A stretch of 64,000 bases of DNA, taken from positions 2,496,001-2,560,000 of the forward strand of contig OY968762.1 in the NCBI GenBank assembly GCA_963695225.1. Reading direction: 5' to 3'. Position numbers and translations under genes: made by a program. This DNA is from Vulcanimicrobiota bacterium. Lineage in GTDB: Bacteria > Vulcanimicrobiota > Vulcanimicrobiia > Vulcanimicrobiales > Vulcanimicrobiaceae. Below the pieces are notes generated by a model that saw only the letters and a program-made list of their open reading frames with translations, made no database searches and had not been told where the DNA came from. Shown here one piece after another: positions 8,395 through 16,234 of this stretch; positions within the stretch are counted from its first letter, which is position 1; each line of letters begins with the position of its first letter.

Positions 8395-10336
8395 CCTCCC
8401 ACCTCCGACGGCCTCTGAAGCGGCGTTCGAGCGGATCCTCGCGTCGTTTCCGACGCAGGAAGCGGTGCCGTCCGCGGTTGGCGCGGGGGCGATCCTCGAC
8501 GATTTGTTCGCGCGGCGCGGCGAGCTGCTTTCGCGCGAGCCGTTTGCCCGGATCGGCGAGGCGGAAGAGTTCAACACGAAGATCGTCGGCGTCACGTTCG
8601 AGGGGCGCCAGGACGTGATCGCGGGGCTCCGGCAGGGCGACCGGCTCGAGCTTGTGCGCCGGCCGGAGAATCCGCACGATTCGAACGCGATCGCCGTGTG
8701 CTTCGGCGATTTGCAGCTGGGCTTTCTGCGCCGGGAGATCGCGTTCCGACTCGCGCCGAAGATCGATGCGGGCGTGCGCTACACGGCCGCCGTCACCGAT
8801 GTAACGGGCGGCAGCGACGGGAAGAACGTCGGCACGAACATTCGCGTCCGCCGCGCGCGGGATCCGCTCGGCGCTCCGCGCGCGGCCGCCGCTTCGGAGA
8901 GAAGCGTCGACCGGGACGACTTGCGGCGCGCCCTGATCGGGGACGGCGCGCTACGCCCCGCGCAGCACGAGGTTCTCGAACGCGTCGCCGGCGGACGGAA
9001 TACGCTCGCGGTCATGGGTACCGGCCGGGGAAAATCGCTCTGTTTTCAGTTTCCCGCCGCGCAGCGGGCGCTCGAACGGAACGAGAAGACGCTCGTCCTG
9101 TATCCGTTGCGCGCGCTCGCGAACGATCAGTACGAGTCGTTCGTGCGGCGCTTGGGCGGCTTCGGGTTGCGCGTCTTGCGCGCGAACGGGTCGATCGAGC
9201 GGGAGGAACGCGAGCAGCTCGACGCGGCGCTCGAGGCCGGCAGTTGGGACGTGATCCTCGCCACGCCCGAGTTCACGCAGCACCATCGTGCCGCGTTCAC
9301 GCGCCCGCACAACCGGCCCTCGCTCGTCGTCGTCGACGAGGCGCACCACGTCTACGAGTCGCGGCATCGGCCGGCCTACGGAGCGCTCGGTTCGTTCGTG
9401 GCGGAGCTCGGCGCTCCGCAGGTTCTCGCGCTGACGGCGACGGCGAACGGCGAGGCGTTTCGCGCGATCCGCGAGGCGCTGCGCATCGAGCGCTGGGTGA
9501 TCGATCCGACGATCAGGGAGAACCTGCACGTCGTCGACGCGCGCGGTACGAAGGACAAGCACGCCTACATCGCGGCGCAGCTCGATCCGAGCGGGAAGTC
9601 GATCGTCTACTGTAACTCGCGCGACCAGGCGACGAAGATCGCCGAGGGGCTGCGCCGCACGCTCGGCAACGTCGCGGCGTTCTACCACGCCGGCTTGACC
9701 TCGGCGGACCGCGCGAACGTCGAGTCGCTCTTCCGTTCGGGCGACGTGCGCATCGTTGCCGCGACTTCCGCCTTCGGCGAGGGCATCGATTTGCCCGACG
9801 TTCGCGACGTTTTCCTCTACCATCTGAATTTCGATTTCACGGAGTTCAACCAGCAGGCCGGGCGCGTCGGCCGAGACGGAGCACCTGCCCGCATCCATTT
9901 GCTCTTCGGCGATTCCGATCGAGGTCTGAACGACTACATAATCGCGCGCTCGGCCCCGACGCTTGCGACGTTACGCGAGCTCTACCGCGAGATGAAGAAG
10001 CTCTCGACGTTCGGCGTGCTGCGCAGCGGCTACACCGACATCGCCCGGACGCTCGAGATCAAAGGCGTCGAAGGGGAGACGGTGGGCGCGGCGATGCGGA
10101 TGTTCGAAGAAGCGGGGCTCGTCGAGACGGGGAGCGACGACGACGGCCGCTACGTCCGCTTTCTCGAAGTGCGCGAACGCGTCGATCTCACTACGACGAC
10201 GCGCTACGCCGAGGCGGAAGCCGAGCGCGAGAGCTTCGACCGCTTTTGCAAACTCGCGCTCGGAGCAGCTGGCCCGCAACTCGAGCAGATCGTGAACCGG
10301 CCGATCTATCCGGACGGCATTCCGCTCGTCGTCTAA
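8351..10336 (+). CDS. HIRAN domain + RecQ-like DEAH helicase (start uncertain)
   Basis: HIRAN-like IVGVTFEGRQ...RPENPHDSNAIAV...LGFL; helicase MGTGRGKS, DEAHH, LTATA, ATSAFGEGID, QQAGRVGRDG. Confidence 0.85.
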   Translation: MPRPKDPRPPARKSNLPPPTASEAAFERILASFPTQEAVPSAVGAGAILDDLFARRGELLSREPFARIGEAEEFNTKIVGVTFEGRQDVIAGLRQGDRLELVRRPENPHDSNAIAVCFGDLQLGFLRREIAFRLAPKIDAGVRYTAAVTDVTGGSDGKNVGTNIRVRRARDPLGAPRAAAASERSVDRDDLRRALIGDGALRPAQHEVLERVAGGRNTLAVMGTGRGKSLCFQFPAAQRALERNEKTLVLYPLRALANDQYESFVRRLGGFGLRVLRANGSIEREEREQLDAALEAGSWDVILATPEFTQHHRAAFTRPHNRPSLVVVDEAHHVYESRHRPAYGALGSFVAELGAPQVLALTATANGEAFRAIREALRIERWVIDPTIRENLHVVDARGTKDKHAYIAAQLDPSGKSIVYCNSRDQATKIAEGLRRTLGNVAAFYHAGLTSADRANVESLFRSGDVRIVAATSAFGEGIDLPDVRDVFLYHLNFDFTEFNQQAGRVGRDGAPARIHLLFGDSDRGLNDYIIARSAPTLATLRELYREMKKLSTFGVLRSGYTDIARTLEIKGVEGETVGAAMRMFEEAGLVETGSDDDGRYVRFLEVRERVDLTTTTRYAEAEAERESFDRFCKLALGAAGPQLEQIVNRPIYPDGIPLVV

Positions 10337-10388
10337 CCGGCGACCTTGCGAAACACGCGGGGAGCGTCGTAGTTTGCGCCTCGAACGC

Positions 10389-10796
10389 TCAACCGTCCGC
10401 GATTTCCGTCGCCGTTGCCGTTCGGCTTTCGAGCGCCGCCGCGAGACGGCGTGCGGAGAGCATGCCGATCGGCTCTCCCGCCGCGTTCACGACGGGGAGA
10501 TGGCGAATCCCCAGCGCGATCATCCGCATCGCCACGACCGTAACATCCTCGGCGTGGCTCACCGTGATAGGGCCGGCGGACATGAAGAGCCCCGCAGTCA
10601 TCGCACGCGGGTCTATGCCGTCGGCGATCGCTGCAACGAGATCCCGTTCGGTGATGATGCCGAGCAACCGGCCGTCTTCCATCACCGCGGCGGAGCCGCT
10701 ATCCTCGACGCGCATCCGGCGCGCGACCTCCGCGAGGCTCGCTTCGGACTTGACCGCCAGCAGCGGATCGATCGCAAGATCGCTGACTCGCATCAC
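10389..10796 (-). CDS. CBS-pair domain protein
   Basis: LLGIITERDL and GIRHLPVV tandem CBS motifs. Confidence 0.85.
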   Translation of the reverse strand: MMRVSDLAIDPLLAVKSEASLAEVARRMRVEDSGSAAVMEDGRLLGIITERDLVAAIADGIDPRAMTAGLFMSAGPITVSHAEDVTVVAMRMIALGIRHLPVVNAAGEPIGMLSARRLAAALESRTATATEIADG

Positions 10797-11636
10797 TCAC
10801 TCCACGTCATAGTGCGAGGGCACCATGCTCTGCAGCGCCTTCGGCGGCCGTTCGTAGGCGCGCTTCTGCCGTTTGGGGACTTCGATGTGCTCGTGCGGAA
10901 CCGTTTCGTACGGAATGAGCGAGAGCAGATGTTTGATCAAGTTCAAGTGCGCGCTCTTCTTGTTGTCGGTCTCGATGACGTACCACGGCGATTCCTTGCT
11001 GTCCGTATAGGCGAACATCTCGTCCTTCGCCTCGGAGTAATCGACCCACCGTGCGCGAGCTTGCAAGTCCATCGGACTGAGCTTCCAGCGCTTGTGCGGG
11101 TCGTTGATCCTGGCTTGAAAACGGCGTTCCTGTTCCTCGTCGCTGACCGAAAGCCAGTACTTGATCACGATGATTCCAGAGCGGATAAGCATGCGCTCGA
11201 ACTGCGGGCACGTGCGCATGAATTCCTGATATTCGTCCTCGCTGCAGAAGCCCATCACGCGCTCGACGCCCGCCCGGTTGTACCAACTCCGGTCGAACAG
11301 GACCATCTCGCCGGCCGAAGGCAGATGGGCGACATAGCGTTGGAAGTACCATTGCGTGCGCTCGCGCTCCGTCGGCGCGGGCAACGCAACGATGCGGCAA
11401 AAACGCGGATTGAGCAAAGCCGTGATGCGCTTGATCATCCCGCCTTTCCCGGCGGTGTCGCGCCCCTCGAAGATGATGACCACGCGCAGGCCCTGCTGGC
11501 GGACCCATTCTTCCAGTCGCAGCAGCTCGATCTGGAGGCGCCTGAGCTCCTTCTCATACGCCTTGGGCGTCAACCGCAGGGGCGGCGCGCAGGCGCCGTC
11601 GGCGGCGGGCTGTGTTTCGCTCTTGTGCGCTGCCAT
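10797..11636 (-). CDS. ppk2: Polyphosphate kinase 2 (single-domain)
   Basis: FEGRDTAGKGG Walker A, WYFQRY, FDRSWYNRAGVERVMGF, KRWKLSPMD. Confidence 0.93.
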   Translation of the reverse strand: MAAHKSETQPAADGACAPPLRLTPKAYEKELRRLQIELLRLEEWVRQQGLRVVIIFEGRDTAGKGGMIKRITALLNPRFCRIVALPAPTERERTQWYFQRYVAHLPSAGEMVLFDRSWYNRAGVERVMGFCSEDEYQEFMRTCPQFERMLIRSGIIVIKYWLSVSDEEQERRFQARINDPHKRWKLSPMDLQARARWVDYSEAKDEMFAYTDSKESPWYVIETDNKKSAHLNLIKHLLSLIPYETVPHEHIEVPKRQKRAYERPPKALQSMVPSHYDVE

Positions 11637-11756
11637 CGACCTGACCAACAGTATGCAACGAGCGCAGCGAACATCCCGCCGCGTCGCCGAAGTCGTACGA
11701 GCGTTCGGCGCGGATTCGCTCGCTAGCGATGCTCTAGAAAGACAGAGAGCGGCGCC

Positions 11757-12986
11757 CTAGGCGACGGCGCCGGCCACGCGCGCGCCGTCGACGCTGCGGT
11801 AGAATGCGGTATCCGTCTCGCTGACGCGCGGTGCCCACGGATCGACTTCGTTCCGGCGGATCGGGAAATGCACGGTCGGGCCGGCCGCATCCGAATAGTC
11901 GGCGTGCGCGAACGGTGAGAAATCGTCGCTCTCGCGATGGGCGAGCACGGTCGCGCCGACCGCCGACGCGGCACTCCGCGCGGCGGTGCGGATGGCGTCC
12001 GGCAGACGTCCGTCTTCGGCGAACGTCGCGTAGAGCGCGAGCGCCGGGCGATCGGCCTGCCACGGCATGCGCTCGGCGTGAGGGAAGCGGACCATGCCGC
12101 CGATCGCGCGCGCATCTTGCCGGATCGCGCTGCGCGCGGCGGCATTGCGCGCGCTCGCCGCGAGCGCGTCGTCGAGTTCTTTCACCGCGCCCTCGACGTT
12201 CGCGATCTTCTTGGGATCGAGGTCGAGGACGTCGAATGCGGCGGCCGGTCCGTAGGCGCCGGCGCCCGCGATCCGGTAGCGCGCCGTCATCGTCTCCTCG
12301 ACGACGGCTTTCGCCATCGCGCGAGGGTCGTCCAGGTGTTGCGCGATCGCGTGCGCGACGTTCGTGGGGACGCCGGGCGCGAGCATCGTCTCGGGCGACG
12401 CGGCCAAGAACCGGACGCCGGCATGCGAGAGCGCCGACGAGAAGCCGAGCGTCGCCATCAGGCATTGGTTTGCCACCAAGCCGTCGACCTTGCGCGCGGC
12501 ATCCTCCGGGTGTTCCTTCGCGTGCAGCGCGATGCCGTCCGAGATCGCGCCCGCGATGTCGTCGGAGCGCATGATGTCGCTGCCGTGATCGGCCTCGAGG
12601 CCGCCGCCGTCGCCCGCGCCGTGATCGACGAGATCGACCCAGGTCTGCGCCGCGTGCGCTTCGCGCGCGTTCTCGAGCGTCCGCGCGACGAACTTCGCGA
12701 GATTGCTGCGCGCCGCCATGTCGTGTGGCCGCCGGCTGATGGACCGATCCGCGATCCCCCCGCCGTCGATCTTGTAGTCTTCGGTGTGCAATCTGGTGCG
12801 AGCGCCGAACGGATCGCGCGCCGTAGTATCCTCAACGGTGAACTCCACGCTGCGATCGGTCCGGCTCGTTTCGACCGCTTGCGCGATTGTCTTTCCCTGA
12901 ACGAGGTCGAGGTTGTTGTCGCCGTCGCGATACAGTCCGAATTCAAGCGCGCGCCCAGCGCGCTGGGTTGCGATCGGTACGATCAT
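11757..12986 (-). CDS. Clostripain-like (C11) cysteine peptidase family protein, no signal peptide
   Basis: LYRDGDNNL, DHGAG (catalytic His-Gly) and NQCLM (cf. DACLM) in the C11 order. Confidence 0.6.
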   Translation of the reverse strand: MIVPIATQRAGRALEFGLYRDGDNNLDLVQGKTIAQAVETSRTDRSVEFTVEDTTARDPFGARTRLHTEDYKIDGGGIADRSISRRPHDMAARSNLAKFVARTLENAREAHAAQTWVDLVDHGAGDGGGLEADHGSDIMRSDDIAGAISDGIALHAKEHPEDAARKVDGLVANQCLMATLGFSSALSHAGVRFLAASPETMLAPGVPTNVAHAIAQHLDDPRAMAKAVVEETMTARYRIAGAGAYGPAAAFDVLDLDPKKIANVEGAVKELDDALAASARNAAARSAIRQDARAIGGMVRFPHAERMPWQADRPALALYATFAEDGRLPDAIRTAARSAASAVGATVLAHRESDDFSPFAHADYSDAAGPTVHFPIRRNEVDPWAPRVSETDTAFYRSVDGARVAGAVA

Positions 12987-13011
12987 GGGTTCCTCCGAAC
13001 GAGTGCGGTCG
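12921..13011. repeat. Direct repeat copy 1 (5' end and RBS of the C11 gene)
   Basis: 91 bp, 4 mismatches to 14513-14603 by manual alignment. Confidence 0.95.
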
Positions 13012-13117
13012 GAAGACCCATCGCGACGAGACGCCCGGTCGACAAGTCGCGTGAGGGAGCGTCTTTCAGATACCAGCGGAGTTAGTGGGCAGTATCTGTG
13101 CCTGGCACCTGCTACAG

Positions 13118-13666
13118 CTAGAGTGGATTCTGCGCGTAGCGTGCAATGATGCTCGAGCCCGCGAGCGTATGGCCCTTGAGGGCGGCAGTCAGCGCGTCGC
13201 GCGTCAATCCGGGAGCGAGCGCGTCCGGCGCGAGGTCCGTCGCGATCACGGTGTAGACGTAGTGATGCGGTGCGTCCCCCTTGGGCGGACAGTAGCCTAA
13301 GAAGCCTAGCTGATTCTTGAGGTTTATTCCCGACACATATTGGGCGGGCGTCTGCGAGCCGAAGCCCGCCGGCACGGCCGAGACCGTTGCGGGGATTCCA
13401 TAGGCGATCCAGTGGGGGGCTTCGCCCGCACGGCCCCAGTTATCGACGTCGATGAGAAGGATGACAAAGCTCTTGGCCGCCGCAGGCGTGCCGGCCCAAG
13501 CCAGGGCCGGCGAGGTACTGGTGCCCCCTCCGCAGGCTTGCTGCGCACCGGCGAGCGGTGCTTGAGCGTTGTCTTCAAAACCGGGCGAGGTCACGACGAA
13601 GGCTGCGCGCGCCGCAAGCGGCGTCGCGACGCAGAGGAGGAGGGACAGAACGGCGCGTTTCAGCAT
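13118..13666 (-). CDS. Secreted YbhB/YbcL (PEBP/Raf kinase inhibitor-like) protein
   Basis: Signal peptide MLKRAVLSLLLC..., SPALAW, HWIAYGIP, GYCPPKGDAPHHY; GGAGGA RBS. Confidence 0.88.
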   Translation of the reverse strand: MLKRAVLSLLLCVATPLAARAAFVVTSPGFEDNAQAPLAGAQQACGGGTSTSPALAWAGTPAAAKSFVILLIDVDNWGRAGEAPHWIAYGIPATVSAVPAGFGSQTPAQYVSGINLKNQLGFLGYCPPKGDAPHHYVYTVIATDLAPDALAPGLTRDALTAALKGHTLAGSSIIARYAQNPL

Positions 13667-13812
13667 CGCATTCCTCCAATACAAGGCGAAAATTCATTTA
13701 CGAACATGCGCCTCGATCTCACGCAAAGTCAACCAAGGTACTCGTGACCTACTACCTAGTTAGTGGATGGATGATGCGCACCGCAATCGGCCGACGTGAA
13801 CAACGATGCTGC

Positions 13813-14211
13813 TCACGACAACAGTTCGAAACCGGCCAGACGCGCCGCCTTTCGATCGAAAGTCGCCGTCGTCGTGCATCCCGCGCGCGCGCCGAGCGCG
13901 CCGATCAGTGCGTCGGCAAAAGCGCCGTGTCCGTCCTTGAGCGCGCTTGCCGCTGCAAATACTTCTTGTTCGCACTCAACGACAAGCGTCTCGGCCTGGA
14001 GCAGCAGTTCGATTGCGCTGGCAACGTCGCGATCGCTTCGACCGTAGGCGCGCTCGAGAACCCACGCCGTCTCCACCATTGCAACGACACTGATGAAGCC
14101 TGGCTCGTCGACCGACAGCCGCCGCTCCATAAGATCGGCCGCTTTTCGCGCTTGCTCCCGGTCGTCTTGCGCGAGGTAGCGAACGAGAACGTTCGTATCG
14201 AGCCCGATCAT
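13813..14211 (-). CDS. vapC: VapC-family PIN-domain toxin
   Basis: LDTNVLVRYL, E..WVL, FADALI, TFD PIN motifs. Confidence 0.92.
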   Translation of the reverse strand: MIGLDTNVLVRYLAQDDREQARKAADLMERRLSVDEPGFISVVAMVETAWVLERAYGRSDRDVASAIELLLQAETLVVECEQEVFAAASALKDGHGAFADALIGALGARAGCTTTATFDRKAARLAGFELLS

Positions 14212-14456
14212 CGAGCCCTGCGCCGCACACCCGCCGCTCCGGCCGCAATCGCCTCGTCCATCTCCTCGAGCGTCACGGCTTTCGCTCGCTTCGGAACGCA
14301 GCCACGCAGCTTCGCTATGGGGATCTTCGGCAAGATCACGACGCTGCCGTCGGGATGCACGAAGAACTTCACCCGGTCGCCCGCCTTGAGCCCGAGATGT
14401 TCCCGAATCGCTTTCGGAATGGTCGCTTGCCCCTTCGTCGTCAGGGTCGACTCCAT
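14208..14456 (-). CDS. AbrB/MazE/SpoVT-type antitoxin
   Basis: TLTTKGQATIPKAIREHLGLKAGD; ATGA overlap with toxin. Confidence 0.92.
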   Translation of the reverse strand: MESTLTTKGQATIPKAIREHLGLKAGDRVKFFVHPDGSVVILPKIPIAKLRGCVPKRAKAVTLEEMDEAIAAGAAGVRRRAR

Positions 14457-14461
14457 GCTGG

Positions 14462-14489
14462 GGTATTACCTACGTAGAATCGTAATACC
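14462..14489. promoter_or_regulatory. Inverted-repeat operator of the TA operon
   Basis: GGTATTAC-N12-GTAATACC just upstream of the antitoxin start. Confidence 0.75.
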
Positions 14490-14512
14490 TGGCGCTCACC
14501 AGCAAGCCGATT

Positions 14513-14603
14513 GCCGTCGCGATACAGTCCGAATTCAAGCGCGCGCCCGGCGCGCTGCGATGCGATCGGTACGATCATGGGTTCCTCCGAACGTGTGCGG
14601 TCG
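14513..14603. repeat. Direct repeat copy 2 (orphan 5' fragment of the C11 gene)
   Basis: Minus-strand ATG at 14578 gives MIVPIASQRAGRALEFGLYRDG, then diverges and stops. Confidence 0.95.
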
Positions 14604-14724
14604 AAGGATCTCTACTAAGCGCTCGGTTTCTAAGGGACGAACGAGATGCGCTTGAAGCTCGACGCTCCAGGCGTGGATTGGGCATAGGGGAGATATAGGC
14701 GCGACGCGCGCGAGGGAGGGCCCC

Positions 14725-14925
14725 GTGTCCACTACGACCATCGTCATCATTGTTCTCGTCTTGGTGCTCCTCGGCGGCAGCGGTTTCGGATACTACACGA
14801 TTCGCTCGTCGACGGGAGGCCCGGTGCGCGTCGCAACCGCCAACCCGACGTACGGGATCGGCGGCACGATCGTTACGTTGATCCTGCTCTGGGCATTGCT
14901 CCACTATTTCTTCCACCTCATTTGA
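14725..14925 (+). CDS. Small two-TM membrane protein
   Basis: 66 aa with two hydrophobic segments separated by GGSGFGYY; GGAGG RBS. Confidence 0.7.
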   Translation: MSTTTIVIIVLVLVLLGGSGFGYYTIRSSTGGPVRVATANPTYGIGGTIVTLILLWALLHYFFHLI

Positions 14926-15083
14926 GTTTAGGGGTGCCTCGGCGATAGCCCGGATAGCTTCGCCGCGCGCTCCTAAGCCGGCGCCGCGGCCTTCCTCGCC
15001 GCGGCGACCGCGGCGGCAGATGGTGGCGGCGCCAGCGCCCTTGTGTCGGCCGACCGCACAGGGCCAGCTTCACGCCGAACGTA

Positions 15084-15170
15084 CTGAAGTACGAAGTATC
15101 CGCGTCGTTTCTCGCCGATTTCGATTCGCTCAGCGACCGTGAGAAGAGCCTCTTTCTGGCCGCGGTCCGC
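15084..15170 (+). pseudogene. N-terminal fragment of a RelE/ParE-like toxin
   Basis: Reads LKYEVSASFLADFDSLSDREKSLFLAAVR, resembling a RelE-type beta1-helix1-helix2; similarity lost after ~15170. Confidence 0.45.
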
Positions 15171-15175
15171 TCGAC

Positions 15176-15925
15176 GGTACGCCGGCGCTCGTCGCGGCGG
15201 TCCGAAGGGCCAAACGGGCGCGCGCTGCCAACGTACTCCTCGGCGGCGGTGATGGGACGATGACTCAAGCGGCGAACGTTCTCGCGCACTCGGAGGTCAC
15301 GGTCGGCGTGCTCCCGCTGGGCACGGGCAATAGTTTCGCGAAGACCATCGGGATCGGCGAAGACGTAGAGCGCGCGATCGAGGTTATCGCGGCCGGGCGG
15401 ACGACTGAGGTCGATCTCGGCGTCGTGAACAAGCGCTATTTTGTGAATTTTGCCACGATCGGCTTCGCCGCGCAGGTGGCGAAATCGACGGACCACGGCC
15501 TCAAATCGGCGATCGGACCGCTGGCCTACGTCACGGCCGCGATCGGCCAGCTATCCCGCGAGCGCGGCTTTCGGGCCAAAGTGCGATCGAAGCATGCGTC
15601 ATTGGGTATTCGCACGCAGCAGCTTATCGTGGTCAACGGCCGCCACTTCGGAAATCAACCGATAACGCCGGACGCGACTGATCAGGACGGCCTCTTGCGC
15701 GTGTTCGTCACCGAGGGAACGAGCCGCTTTGAATTGCTGAAGACGTACGCTGCGCTGGCGACCGGACTGGGCGGCGTTTTGCCGGAAGCGCACCTGCTCA
15801 CGGGCAAGAAATTTCTGATCCGGACGAAGCCGAGACAGGAAATCAATATCGACGGGGATTCACTCGGCCGCACGCCGGCCCACTTCTCGGTCGAGCGTCG
15901 CGCGCTCCGCGTTTTTGTACCTTAA
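15176..15925 (+). pseudogene. 5'-truncated diacylglycerol/lipid kinase (YegS/DagK family)
   Basis: GGGDGT lies just upstream of the ATG at 15260; LPLGTGNSFA and IDGD present; in-frame TGA at 15140; N-terminal NP..G motif missing. Confidence 0.75.
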
Positions 15926-16234
15926 CGCGGCGGCCCGCGTCCTCCGGATGCTTGCGCGCGTGTTGGGCGATGCCGTCCGGCGACGGCGCCGGCCATGTCG
16001 CCGGCACGCATGATGGCGTGTCGCGATGCTTATCGCGAAATGAGATGCGCTTTCGGAAGTAGCGCGGTTCGCGTTTCGAACCTTCGCGCGGAGCGCGCCG
16101 CGCGCGTTCGATCGCAGCCGGTCTCGAGGCGATGCGATGCTAGGAATGACTAAACAAAACACTAGGAATGGCGAATGACAAAATGCACATAGCTCGGCGG
16201 AAATAAGCTTCCGATCCGCGAATAACCGGCGCAA

